The notes under the pieces: model-generated | Database searches by the model: none | Told to the model about the DNA's origin: nothing | Seen by the model: the letters and a program-made list of their open reading frames with translations, nothing else | Made by a program: the position numbers and the translations under genes | Part shown: positions 1 to 12,270 of the stretch, piece after piece | How positions within the stretch are numbered: position 1 is the first letter of the stretch | Layout: each line of letters begins with the position of its first letter | NCBI GenBank assembly: GCA_014905635.1 | Contig: JABVCE010000048.1 | Location: 62,001-107,335 of the forward strand | Direction of reading: 5' to 3' | DNA length: 45,335 bases | Origin: Scenedesmus sp. PABB004 | Taxonomy: Eukaryota

Positions 1-13
1 CGCGCGGGCGCGC

Positions 14-2711
14 CTGCGCCATGAGCAGCGGGCGCGGGTCGCTGTTGCACGTCTTCATCATGCTGTGATGCAGGGAGGGCAGCAGCAGAGGGGAGCACGG
101 CGGCTGTGGCGGCGCCAGGCGGGGCACGGCGGCGGCGCCAGGCGAGGCGCGGCGGCGGCTGCGCGTGGCAAGGGGTCCCTGCCGCCCACCTGATGGCGAT
201 GGGACCCATGAGCAGCATGGTGGTCACGTTGTCCAGCCACGCAGACACAAACGCTGCGGCGGCGGCGGGGCGGCGGCCGGGCCGCGTCGGGGCGCGGCGC
301 GCCCGCCGCCCGCTCGGGCCGAGGGCCCGCCCGCCGGCCGTCTATCTGGCCCGCGCTGATTGGGCACGTGGGCGGGCCCACGCCGCGCGCAGGCTGTGGC
401 CGCGTGGCCGGGGCCGGCTGGGTCGCGCCACCTGTCGTGTACATCATCAGCACGCTCAGCAGCCACATCTTGCCCCGGCTCGCGCGCAGCGTCCACTTGC
501 AGAGCACCTCAAACAGGCCCGTGTCCTTCAGCTTTCCAACCAGGATCATCTGCGCCACAGCGGCGGCGGGGGCGCGGCGAGCTGTCACGCGCGCGCGGCA
601 CGCACAGCCCCCCCCCCCCCCCCACGCGCTCGACCTTGCCCGCACGCCCTCACTCCGGCCCACGCGCGCACAGCACCCCCGCGCTGCTCACCATGCCAAA
701 CAGCAGGCCCAGCGTGGACTCGTCGAGAAACTCTGTCACCTGGGAGGCACGGCGGTGCGGGCGGGGGTCGGGCGGAGCAGGCGGCGGGAGCGGCGGCGGC
801 GCGCGGCCGGGCCGCGGCGGCGCGCGCCCGCGCGCACACCTTGGCGAGCGAGGGCGTGAGGTTGCACAGCAGCAGCAGGCCCTGGCGGGGAAGCAGGCCG
901 TGAGACGGGAGGGCGCGGCGCGCGGGCGGGGGCGGCGCGGGTCGGCCGGGCGCCCGCCGTGCGGGCGGGCTGGCGGCGCGCCCTGCCGCGGGGCTGGCGG
1001 CGGCGCCGCGCGTGCGGCGGGGCGGCTGCGGCGGCGCGGCGGCGCACCATCATGAGGAACGCTCCCACAAAGGCACACCACAGGCGGTGCACGCGCTCGC
1101 TAGCGATGCCGACCAGCACCAAGACCACAATCGCGAGCCCGAGCCAGTTCTTGGCGGGGCCGAGCCGCCCCAGCTCGCTGAAGTGGATCTCAACCACCGC
1201 CTGCGCGCGATCGCGGCGGCGGGCGGTGGGCGGCGGCGGGCGGGCGCGGCGCGGCGCGGCGGCCTGCCTGCCCTGCAGGGGGCGCGGCAGGCGGCAGGGT
1301 CGGCAGCGCGGGCCGCGAGCGCGGCCCGCCGCGCCGGCGCCGCGCGCGCCTGGCCGGGCGTGTTGAGCGACCACACGAGGTGGGTGTCGCGCCCGGGCAC
1401 AAACGCGGGCGTGAGCGAGGCGGGCGTGAGCGCGGCGTTGCACTTGACCGCCGCACCCTCCTTGAGCGCACAGCCGAGCGGCGCGCTGACGGGGGTGAAG
1501 CCGAACGCGGCCGGCGGGATGACGCTGGCAGCGAGCTCGGCGACCGGCGGCGACAGCACCGGCGCCGGCGGCGTCGCGTTGCGCTGCATCAAGGTGACGG
1601 TCAGCATCGGCAGCGCCGCCGCGGGCGCGGCCCCGTGCGCGGTCGCGGCGGCCGTCGACGCGAGGCGGCGCTGCGGGCGCGCGAGCTCCGTCGCGGCGCG
1701 GCGGCGCAGCGCGAGGCCCTCCAGCGCGGCGGGGTCCTGCGGGCGCGCGGGCGGGCGGACGGGCGGGCCCGCCGTCGCCTGCGTGGCCTGCCCGCCCCGC
1801 GCGCGCGCACGCGCGCAGCTGGCACGGGCGTGCGGCAGGGGCAGCGCCGCGCGTCGCGGCCAAACCTTGAGCGCCCGGCCGGCGCCGGGGGCGCCGCGCA
1901 GGAGCGGCGCCAGCGCCGCCGAGGCCTCCCGCGTGAGCGCGCCGGCCGCCGCGCCGAGCAGGCTGCGGCGGTGGCGGTGGCCGCCGGTCGTGTCCCCCGC
2001 CGCGCCGCGCCAGGGCGCCGCCACCTGGGAGATGTAGAGGTACGTGCTGCGCGGCGCGGCGCGGCGTGGTCGCGGCGGCACACACGGCGGCGGCCCGCGG
2101 CGCCCGCGCGTGCGACGGAGAGACGGCGGCGCCGCGCCGGCGGGGGCCCGCGGCGCGCCGCCACGTGCTGCCGGCGCCGCCGCCGCACGGCTCACATCGG
2201 CGCCGGCCCGAGGGGTATGAAGAGCGGCTCGGCCGAGTTGACGGCGTGGACGTGCTCCAGCGGCTCGGGCACGTGCAGGCGGGCCTTGCCGATGAGGACA
2301 GCCGCGAGCGCGCCGCGGCGAGCGCGAGGACCCATAGGTTAATCAGCAGCGCCCGGCGCGCGCCCACGCACCGCTTGGGCGTGCGCGCGAGGTGGCCGTG
2401 CGCGAGGTCGTCCAGGCGCTGCGTGGTCGGGCGAGCAGGGGCGTGGGCGCGGCGAGCCCCTCGGCCGTGCTGCTGCGCGGGCGCCGCACCAGCTCGATGA
2501 GCTCCTCGGCGCGGTGGGAGAGCACCGCCTGGTGGTGCGGCACCGGGCCGTCGCTGGCGCGCGAGTCCACGCTGTTGCGGCGCGAGTGCAGCCCGCGCGC
2601 GTGCTGCGCGCCCGTGAGCGTGGTCTCGCTCGCCACCGAGCCGGTCGCGCTCGTGCGCGCCAGGCCGGGGTCCTTCATCGCGGCCGGCGGCTCGGCATCG
2701 CCGCCCGCCAT
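14..2711 (-). CDS. OCA2/P-protein-like (ArsB/NhaD, IT superfamily) membrane transporter; multi-exon, 3' end runs off the window
   Basis: Spliced exons give WLGLAIVVLVLVGIASERVHRLWCAFVGA, VTEFLDESTLGLLFGM|MILVGKLKDTGLFEVLC, AFVSAWLDNVTTMLLMGPIAI and DPRPLLMAQ, typical of P-protein-like transporters. Introns include 1201-1349 (GC-AG), 882-1047, 740-839, 550-691. Two frameshifts (~2430, ~2312) are needed in exon 1; start at 2711 is tentative. Confidence 0.85.
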
Positions 2712-3094
2712 GGCGCGCCGTCGCCGGCAGCAGCAGCAGCGGCGTGCGGCGGCGTGCGGCGGCGTGCGGCGGCGTGCGCGCGGCGTTCAGGGGCGGGTCC
2801 GCCATCAAGTGCAGGAGGAGTCTGCGGGCGGCGGGCGGCCCGGACGACGTGTGCGGCGGCAGCGCTGCTGCCAGAACCCCGCTGCCGTCACTGAGCAACC
2901 GGCGCGGTTCTTCGCCCCCGCCGCCCCGCCCTCGCCCCGCGCTCCCCGCCCGGCCGGCACCGCGTAGCGCCGCGGCTGCCGGGCGCCAGCATTTTTGAAC
3001 AAGCGTCGCCGCGCGCAGCCCGCTGCCGCCCGCCGCCCCTGCCGCCGCCAGCCCTCCGCCCACCCGCACAGGCGCAGGGACCCGCGCAGCAGCC

Positions 3095-6000
3095 ATGCTC
3101 GCGCCGCCCGGCGCCTGCGCGCTGGCCGCGGGCCTCGCGCCGGCGCCCGGCGACGGCGCGGCGGAGCTGCTCGCCAAGCAGCGCCAGCTGCTGCTGCTGC
3201 GCCAGGTGGGCGCCGGGACGAGGGCCCGGTGGCCGCCGCCGCGCCGCCCGCTGCGCGACGGCGGCGGCTGCTGCGAGCGTGCGCCGCTGCTCTGTCGAGC
3301 GGCTCGTGGCACCCTGCCCGCGGCGCCGCAGATGTATGCGGCGTGGCTGGCCGCGGCCGAGGAGCAGGAGGCGCCCCCTGACGACGCGGCCGCGACGCCC
3401 GACCAGCTGCGCGGCGGCGCGCGCCCCGCCGGCGGAGCCCGAGCGCAAGCTTACCCCGGCGCCGTTGCCGGCGGAGGAGCAGCCGCAGCAGCAGCTGGCG
3501 CCTCCCAGGCCCGCCACGCACAAGCAGCTGCTGTCGCGGCTGCTGGGACCCGGCGGCGCGGCCGCGCCGGGCGCGCCCGAGCAGCCGCCGAGCTCCGCGC
3601 CCGTGCCACAGCCGGCGCCAGCGGCGCCCGGCGGCGGCAGCGCGGCGCTGGCGACGCTGCTTAGCGTGCGGGGCAGCAGCGCGCGGGGCCGAGCAGCCGC
3701 AGCAGCAGCAGCAGCAGCAGCAGAAGCAGCAGCAGGGCGCGCGCGACCCGCCGCAGCCGCACGGCTGCGGCGCGTACCACCCGCGGCAGCAGGGCCGGCG
3801 GCGGCGTCTGGCGGAGCAGCAGCCGCCTGCGCACGGCGACGAGGCCGCCTGGCAGCCTGCGGAGCACGGCCTGCTGGACGCGCAGTCGCAGGCGGCGGCG
3901 CACACGAGCGCGCCGCGGCTGCGCCACGCGGCCGCGGTCAGCCCGCCCAGCCCGGCGGCCGGCGGCATGCGCACGACCTGGCTGGCGCCCCCACCGCCAG
4001 CACAGCAGCTGTTCAGTCCTCGCACCGCCACGCACGCGCCCGCTGCGCCAGAGGTGGCCAGCTCGCCGCCCGGCGCGGGCAGCTGGCAGCAGGAGGTGCG
4101 GCAGCGGCCGCCAGAGCAGCAGGGGCCCGAGTGGACCTCGTGCGAGGGCACGCCCTCGCAGCTGCCGCCCGGGGCGGCCGCGGGCGGCGGCAGCGCTGCC
4201 GCGGCGGCGGCAGGTGCTGGGCAGCACGCGCGCCATGCAGAGCAGCCCGCAGCGCCGGGCCTGCAGGGCGACGACTCGTGCACGCCGCTGGCGGGCCTGC
4301 CCGGCCGCCTCCCGTCGGGCACGGTGCCCTGCACGCCCTGCAGCTGCGCGGCGCTCGGCTCGTTCGTGGCAGAGTCGCCCGGCATGCCGCCACCAAGCAC
4401 GGGCGGCGCGGCGGCCGGCGGCCTGCCGCTGCTGCCGGCCGAGGCCAGCCCGGCGATGGTCGCGGCGACGCCCATGGGCGCCGCCGCCGCCGGGGGGGCA
4501 GCCCCAGGACGAGCTGCCGCTCGCCGCAGCGACGCCGGCGGCGGCGGCCACGCCAGCAGCGCAGCCCTCAGCAGGAGGACCTGGCAGCAGCGCTGCCGAG
4601 GCGTCAGCACCGCAGCAGCTGCAGCTGGCAGCGGCGCCGGCCGGGCCAGCCCCATCCAGCGCCAGCGTCGCGCTGCGCCGCGGCCAGCGGCGCAGCGTGT
4701 CGGTGCAGCTGGGGCAGCCTGTTCTGCACATCACGGCGTGCGGGCAGCAGTGCCTGGTGCTCACGCAGCGCGCCGGCGGCGCCGGCGGCGGCGCGGCGGA
4801 CCTGCTGGGCCTCCGGGTGCAGCAGCAGCAGGAGGGGGGCGGCGCGTGCGGTGTGTGCGTGAGCATCGAGGGCGCGACGGCAGTGGTGGTGCTGCCGGGG
4901 CAGCCCGAGGTGGCGGGCGCGCAGCTGGCCAGCAGCGTGAAGGTGCTGCCGGCCCTGCAGCCGCACGAGCAGCAGGAGCAGCAGGAGCAGGAGCAGCGGG
5001 AGCGGTGTGCCCAGGCCGGCCCTCTGCTGGCGGTGGCCCTGCCGCTGGAGGTGCAGAGCATTGGCGCGGACGGCCAGCCCGTGCCGGCCGCCGGCGCGCC
5101 GGGCGGGGCGCGTCGCCTGGCGCGGCGGCGAGCAGCACGCCAGGCGCAGCGGGCGCCGGCGCAACGCCCGGCAGCGCCGGCGGCGTGCGGCGCCTGCGCA
5201 CGCTGTCGCAGAGCGCTGGCAAAGCCAAGGCGCACGCGGGGGCCGGCGGCGCCGCTGGCAGCGCGGCGGGCGGCGGCAGGCAGGGCGTCTGCATCTACCG
5301 CCTGACCCCGGCGCTGCCGGGCGGCAGCGGCGCCGCCCTGCCAGTGGCGGCGGCCGCCGCGGCGCAGCCGGGCGCCGCGCTGCTGCAGACGCTGCACACC
5401 GCCGCGCCCGTCAGCTGCCTCGCGGTGTGCGAGGCGGCGCGCCTGCTCGCGGCCGCCGGCGCGGCCGGCTCCGCCTGCGTCTGGGCGCTGCGGCCGCAGC
5501 GCGGCGGCGCCGGCGTGGCCGACGCGGGCGGCGCGGTGGCGCTGCCGGCGGCCTCATACCGAGGCATAGCCTTTCCCGCCATCACCCAGCTCTGCTTCCT
5601 GCAGCAGCAGGAGCCGCCTGTGCGCGGCGGCGCGCGCGTGCTGCTCGCGGGCGCGTGCGGCCAGGGCTCCGTGGCGGTGTGGGACGTCGGGCGGCGGCAG
5701 CAGGTGGTGTCGGTGCACCGCCCCGACCTGCGCCTGCACGGCCTGCTGCCGCTGCAGCCGCCGCTGGGCCGCGGCGGCGCGCCGGCAGCCGGGCGGCAGG
5801 CCCCGCCTGACGCGCTGCTGCTGCTGGCGCTGGCGACGAGCAGCGACGGTGGCGATGGCGCGGCGGCGGCGCGCGACAGCGCCTCCCCGCCGCCGGGCGC
5901 GCCTGCGGGCGGCGCCGCCGCGCGCTGGCTGGAGGCGCTGCAGCGGCGGCGGCTGGCGCTGCGGCCGCTGCTGCTGCAGGCGCCGGGGCTGCTGCTGCCT

Positions 6001-6285
6001 GGCGCGCCGCTGCTACAGGCGCCGGCGGGCGGCGGGGGCGGGGACAGCGCCCTGGCGGGCGACGCGCTGGTCGCGGCGGCGCTGGCCGGCACGACGGCCG
6101 CGGCCGCGACCGCCGACGGCGCGCTGCGCGTGTGGGACGTTGTGAGCGGGCGGGCGCTGCTGGCGTGCGCGCCGGTCGGCGCCGGCCGTGGCGCGCTGGG
6201 GCTCGGGGTGCTGCCGCAGCCCGACGGCGGCGTGCTGCTGGCGGCAGGCTCGGCGGGCGGGCGGCTGACGCTCGTGCTGGTGTGA
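3095..6285 (+). CDS. ~1000-aa protein: N-terminal helix, long disordered Q/P/A-rich middle, C-terminal WD40 propeller (PALB2-like architecture)
   Basis: ATG 3095, GT-AG intron 3206-3331, stop TGA 6283-6285. WD-type strands SACVWAL, GSVAVWDVG, DGALRVWDVVSG, LLAAGSAGGRLTLV*. Codon-preferred frame switches at ~3420, ~3687, ~4495 and ~5108. Confidence 0.7.
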
Positions 6286-6721
6286 TCGTCGCGCGCGGCG
6301 CTGCCGGGGGCGGCAACACCGGCACTGCCCGGCGCGCGCGCCACCAGCCCGCCCGGGGCCAGGGCTGTGCGCGGCGCTTCAGCGTCGCGCTTCGGTGCTG
6401 CGCCGCAGCGGCCCTCCCGTTCACCACAGCTGCGCTGCGTAGGGATACAGCGCGTGCTTGCCGATTCGCTGCTTGCCGATTCGCTCCCGCCGCACGCCGT
6501 CCGCCGCTCCGCCGCGCCGCCGCTGCGGGCCAGCCTGCGCAACCAGCCGCGCAAACAGCCGCCCGGCGCCGCTGCCGTGCCCACCAGATCCAGGGCTGTG
6601 TGTGCAAGGGCGCGCCGCGGCGCCCAGCCAGCCTCTGCGGCCGGCAGCAGCAGCAGCAGCAGAATCAGCAGCCGCACCTGGAAGCCTCCCGGGGGCTGGT
6701 GAGGCGGGCGACTGAGGCGCC

Positions 6722-8058
6722 ATGGCGGCGGAACTGGACGACGAGTTCGCGCGGTTCGCCGCGGAGCTGAAGGCGGTGGAGGAGGCAGTGCAGCCGGCGG
6801 CAGACGGCGAAGCAGCGGCAGCGCCGGACGCGCTGCCGCCGCCCAGCCTGCCGCCGCCGGCGGTGCCGCCGCCCATCCTGCCGCCGCCGATCCTGCCGCC
6901 ACCAGCGGCACGGCCGCCCCAGGTGCGGCGCCAGGAGGGGGGCGTGCGTCGCTGCCGGCTGCGGCGACGCTGGCAGGGGCGCCAGCTCACGCGCCCGCTG
7001 CCCCTGTCCCTGCCCCTGCGCAGGCCGGCGGCAGCAGGGCGTCGGCCACCATCGCGGCCGCGCCGGCGCCGCCCAGCGCGCCACCGGCGGCTGCCACCAT
7101 CTCGGCGCCGGCCGCGCCGCCGAGCGCGTACCCGCCGTCGCAGCCGCCGCACCTCGCGCCTCCGCCGCTGATGGCGCCGCCGCCGCTGATGGCGCCGCCG
7201 CCGCACATGGTGCCGCCGCCGCACATGGCTCCGCCGCCGCACATGATGCCGCCGCCGCACATGATGCCGCCGCCGCACCTGGCGCCGCCGCCGCTGATGG
7301 CGCCGCCGCCCGCGGCGTTTGGCGGCGCGCCGCCCGGCTTCCCCGGCCCGCCCGGCGGGCCGCCCAACCCCGAGGCGCTGAAACGCCTCAAGGCGGAGCT
7401 CGTGCAGGCCAAGGCCGGCGGCGCCAAGCCGGGCGTCGCGCCCAAGGTCGCGGTGCGCGAGGCGGCGGGCAAGCGCTGGGTCGACACCTCGCTCGCCGAG
7501 TGGCCGGAGAACGACTTTCGCATCTTTGTCGGCGACCTCGGCAACGAGGTGCAGGACGAGAGCCTCGCCAAGGCGTTCGCGCGCTACCCCTCCTTCGCAA
7601 AGGCCAAGGCGCGGCGCGGCGGGGGTCACGGCGGCGGCGCCGCCGCCTCTGCCGCGGCGTCGCCTCACGCGGCGCCGCCGCCCCGCGCGCTGCATCAGGT
7701 CATCCGCGACAAGCGCACCAACAAGAGCAAGGGCTACGGCATCGTCTCGCTGCTCGACGGCAACGACTTTGCAAAGGCGCTCAAGGAGATGAACGGTGCG
7801 GCGCGCACGGCGGCGGGGAGGGCGCCGCGGGGGGCGGGGCGGGGTGCTGCACGGCGCCGCGCGGCGGGGCGGCGGGGCGGCCGAAGCGCGGGCCCCGCTC
7901 GCCGGCGGCCGGCCGCTCACGCGCGCCGCGGCGGCGTGGGCGGCGGCGGGTGCAGGCAAGTACATCGGCAACCGGCCCTGCAAGCTCTCCAAGTCGACGT
8001 GGCACGAGCGCGCCGCGCTGCCGGTCAAGGGCGGCGCCAAGCGCAAGGACGCGCCGGG

Positions 8059-8089
<31 letters not shown>

Positions 8090-8170
8090 GGCGGCGGGCA
8101 GCCCAAGGCCAAGGCGCCCAAGCTCGGGCCCAAGGCCAAGTACCACGTCGCGCTGCCGCGCCAGCACTGA
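6722..8170 (+). CDS. RBM42: RNA-binding protein 42-like (single RRM, proline-rich N-terminus)
   Basis: WVDTSLAEWPENDFRIFVGDLGNEV...AKAK|VIRDKRTNKSKGYG...KEMNG|KYIGNRPCKLSKSTW. Introns 6923-7023, 7609-7698 (GC-AG), 7796-7955. Confidence 0.92.
7144..7311 (+). repeat. Coding tandem repeat, (M/L)(A/M/V)PPP(H/L) units, mostly 18-21 nt
   Basis: atggcgccgccgccgctg / atgatgccgccgccgcac units within RBM42 exon 2. Confidence 0.85.
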
Positions 8171-8372
8171 GGCCGTAGGCCGCGCGTGTGCGGCCACGCT
8201 TTGATCGCCCCGCGCACTGAGCGCGCCCCCGCCGCGAGGCGGGCGCGCCGCACCGAGCCAGGGGCTCAGTCGGTGGACGCGCGGGTGGAACGCTCCGCGT
8301 GCCGCCCCAGCCGTTACCGCCAGCGCGCCGACAGCCCGCTCCGGCCGCGCGCGCGGCCCAGCCTCGGCCGCC

Positions 8373-9663
8373 TCAGCCGCCCTGCGGCGGCGGGCCGTCC
8401 TCGGCCAGCAGGCGCCCCGTCCAGTGCAGGTGCGCATACGCCACGCCCGAGGCGGCGGTGGTGCCGGCGATGGCCAGCTCCAGAGCTTCCAACGCCTCCC
8501 CGCCGGGCACGCCCTGCCACTGCTGCGTCATGCAGCCTGCCACGAGCAGCAGCACGAGCGCGGTGTTGACCTTGCTCACCAGCAGCGGCCGGATGGCGGG
8601 CAGGCCCGGCACGGCGGCGGCGCGAACTCCGCCGTCCCCGCCGCCACCAGCGCTGCCGCCGCTGCTGCTGCTGCCGCTGCTGCCGCCGCTGCCGCCGCTG
8701 CCGCCGCCGCTGCTGCCGGCGCCGCCGTCGACGTCGAAGAACGCGGCCGCGCCCGGCCAGGTGCCGCCAAACATCGCGAGCCTGTAGCGCGCCATGCCCG
8801 CGACCTGCGCGGCGTCGCGGCCGACCACGAGGCCCGCGAGCCAGGCCGGCAGCAGGCCCTGCCAGCCCAGCGCGCCGACGACCGCGCACACAAACGCCTT
8901 GTCTGCCAGCGGGTCGAGGTAGGAGCCGAGCTTGGAGGTGTGGCCCAGCCGGCGCGCGAGCGCGCCGTCCAGCCAGTCGGTGGCCTGCGGCGGCGGCGCG
9001 GCGTCGGCGGGCGCGAGCGGCGTCGGCGCGGCGCGGGCGGCAGCGCGGCCGCGGGCGCACGGCCGCGGGCGCGGGCGCGCCGCCGCGCACCCCGGCCGCC
9101 GCAGTGAGTGCCAGCGCCGCCGGCCACTGCTGCGTCGCGACGAGGTAGGCGGCCCACGGCGCGGACGCGACGCGCGACAGTGACATCAGGTTGGGGAGCG
9201 AGGCGAACGACGAGCCCGCCGCTCGCTCCGGGCGCGCCGCGCTGGCGCCGGGCGGCGCGCCGCCCGGCGCGGCAGGCTGCGCCGGCGCCGCGCCGCGGTC
9301 GCGCGCCGCCGCCGCCCGCTGCCGCTCCTGGCGCTCGCGCGCGTCGCGAAAGCCGCGCCGCTGCTGGTGCTGCCGCGCCGGCGCCGGCGGCGGCCAGGCG
9401 CCGAGCGCCCGGCGGCACGGCGCTGTCTGCTCGAGCGCCGCGCCGGCCGCCGAGCGCTGCAGGCCCGGGGCCCACTGCCGCCACGCGTGCCCCGCTGGCC
9501 GCTCCGGCGGCGCCGTGCTACAGAGCCGCTGCTGACCGTCTGGTGGCGGCACCGTCGGCCCCGCCTGGCTCGCCGGGCGGCCCGCCGCCGCGGCCGCCGG
9601 CAGCAGGAGCGGCACCGCGCCCCGCCAGCGCCGCGCCGCCTGCGCCGCTGCCAGCGGCAGCAT
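8373..9663 (-). CDS. CDP-alcohol phosphatidyltransferase, cardiolipin synthase (CRLS1/CLS)-like, with R/A-rich putative organellar presequence
   Basis: SLPNLMSLSR...AG|ATDWLDGALARRLGHTSKLGSYLDPLADK (CDP-OH-P-transferase motif) and RPLLVSKVNTAL. One intron 8985-9090; stop 8373-8375. Confidence 0.88.
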
Positions 9664-9988
9664 GCCGGGCGCAGGGCGGAGCTACGGGTGCACTGGGCCC
9701 AGCGCGGGGCAGACGGAGCCCTGGCCGGCGGCGTCGCTGCGCCGCGCGGCGACGCCGGCGCTCCGCCGCTGCCGGGCGCCCCCCGCGCCCGCGCGCTGCG
9801 TTGCGGCGCTGCCACTGTGTCCCGGCGAGATGGTGGGTTGGGGGGCTGGGAACTGGAGTGTTATGTCAGCGTGCGCCCTCGCGCTGCGCCGCCGCCGCGC
9901 CCGCCGCCTGCCCCGGCCGCTCCGCCGCCCGTGCCGCAGCGTCCCGAGGTGGATTCCGCCAAAGATCGCCCTGGTGGCTCCACCAGGC

Positions 9989-12270
9989 ATGACGCTCGAC
10001 CAAGCAGCGGCCCCGGGCGGGGAGGACGGTGCGGGCGGTGCCGGGAGCGGCGCCCCGCGCGCGTTCGGGACGGCGATGCGGCTGGCAGCAGCAATCGAGC
10101 CCCGCCACCGCCACCGCCCGCGTCGCGCGGCACGCAGGGGTCGCGTGCCTGCGCCTGCGCGGGCTGCCTTTTCACGCGACGCGGCGCGACGTGGAGTCCT
10201 TCTTCGCGGGCTACAACGTCATCGACGTGCTGCTGACCAAGCACGACGGTGCGGCGCGGCGCGCGGAGGCAATCGACGACGTGCCTCGCGCCGCCCCGCC
10301 CGGCGCGCCTTGCGCTCGACGCCCCCCGCGCGCCCGCGAATCGCGCCGAGCGCAGGAAAACCCAACGGCCAGGCCTACGTGCTCCTCCCGCCGGAGGAGA
10401 GCAAGCGAGGTGCGCGCTGCCGGGCTCCGGGACGGCCGCGCGGCGCGGCCTGCGAGCGGCAGCGCGCGTGGGGGCCTGGGGCCGTGCAGGATGGCGCGTG
10501 GATTCACACGCCCGCGCTGCGGTCCCTGGGCGCGCCGGCGTCGGGGCGCCGCGGGGGCGACGCCGGCGGCGCACTGCCGACGCCCGCCCCGGCCGCCCTG
10601 CGCTGCCGCCGCAGCCTTCGTGGAGCTGAATAACAAATACATGGGCAAGCGCTACATCGAGTGCGCGCGCGCGGGGAGCCCCGCGGGGCACGCACAGCGC
10701 CGCCCGCGCCCGCGCCGCCGGCTCACCACAGCGCGCGCGCGCGCGCGCCGCGCAGGGTCTTCATCTCGTCGCTCAGCGACCTGGAGACGGCGCGCCGCAT
10801 GTGCACGGAGCGCGGCGCCCCTGCGGCGCTGCAGGCGCCGGCCGGGGGCGCCGACCAGGCGGCGGCGGAGCTGCCGCTGATGATGCAGACATACCTCAAG
10901 CTCCAGCAGGGCGCCGACCAGCCGCAGCCCGACGCGGCCGCAGGGGCGGCCGGGGCCGCGGCGGCGGCCGCGGCGGCGCAGCAGCAGCAGCAGCAGCAGG
11001 CGTCGGCGCTGCTGCTGCACGCCCAGCAGCAGCAGGCCGCCGCGATCGCCCAGCAGGCGCAGGCGGCGCGGCCGCCCGCGCAGCAGATCGTCCGCCTGCG
11101 CGGCCTGCCCTTCAGCGCGTCCGAGGCGGACGTGCAGGCCTTCCTGGCGCCCATCGAGCTGCCGGGCGGCGCGGCGGCGGTGCACCTCGCGCGGCACCCC
11201 GACCTGCGCCCCACGGGCGAGGCGTACGTGCAGCTGCGCAGCGAGGCGGAGGTGCTGGCGGCGCTCAAGAAGCACAAGAGCACCATGGGCAAGCGCTACA
11301 TCGAGGTGCACGCCGCCGCCGCGCCGCCGCCCCGGCGCCCTGGGCGGGCGGGCGGGCGGGCCGCAGCGCGCGCGCCTCCGCGCCCCCGACGACGCTGCCC
11401 CGACGACGCCGCCGCGCCGCCGCCGCCGCCGCCGCGCAGGTGTTTCCGAGCTGCCTCGCGGAGATGCAGCAGGTGCTGTCGGCGCAGATGGCGGCGCAGA
11501 GCGCGCTGCTGTCGCCGGCGCTCGCGGCGTCGACGCCGTTCGTGACGCCCGCGCCGCCCCCCGTCTTTGCCGGCATCTACGGCGCCCAGCCGCAGCTCGG
11601 CCAGTACGGCGGCCAGTACGGCGGCGCGCTGCGCCAGCAGCAGCCCGCCGCGCCCGCGGGCTGGGGCGGCGGCAGCTACGCCGGGCAGCACAACAACCTG
11701 CTCGTCGCGGCGGCGCAGCAGGCGCTGCAAGCGCAGCAGGCGCACAAGACGGCGCTCGCGGCGCAGCTGCGCGCGGCGCAGGCGGCGCAGCAGCAGCCCT
11801 ACGGCTACCTGGTTGACCGCAGCGGCCACAGCTTCACGGGCCACGTCTCGGGCGGCCCCCTGGTCGCCGCGAGCGGCGGCAGCTTCACGCTCTCCGGCGC
11901 GGGCAGCGGCGGCGCGCCGGGGCTGGACCTGCAGCCGCCGGGCATGGCCGCGGTGGCCGCGGCCGCCGCGGCCGCCGCCGCGAGCGGGACCTGCACCTCC
12001 TCCGGTGACCTGCAGTACCTCCCCTTTTACACGCCCGGCAGCGGCCTCGCGGCGCCGCCGGGCGGCGTGCTGGTGCTCGGCCCCGGCGGCCTCGGCGGCA
12101 GCTTCACGAGCCAGCCCGCGCCGCTGAGCTCGGCGGGCATCAACGCGATGATGAGCAGCAGCAGCGCCATGGACAGCGCGACCGCGGCCGCCACGGCGCT
12201 CTGCAACGAGTCGCTCGTCAGCGGGCCGCACGCGCTGCGCGCCGGCAGCGCCTCGCTGTTCCTGTCCTGA
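9989..12270 (+). CDS. hnRNP F/H / ESRP-type quasi-RRM RNA-binding protein (two qRRMs, low-complexity tail)
   Basis: CLRLRGLPFHATRRDVESFF...GKPNGQAYV...MGKRYIEVF and IVRLRGLPFSASEADVQAF...TGEAYVQL...MGKRYIEVF. Introns 10029-10137, 10249-10355, 10410-10613, 10661-10755, 11306-11439. Confidence 0.88.
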
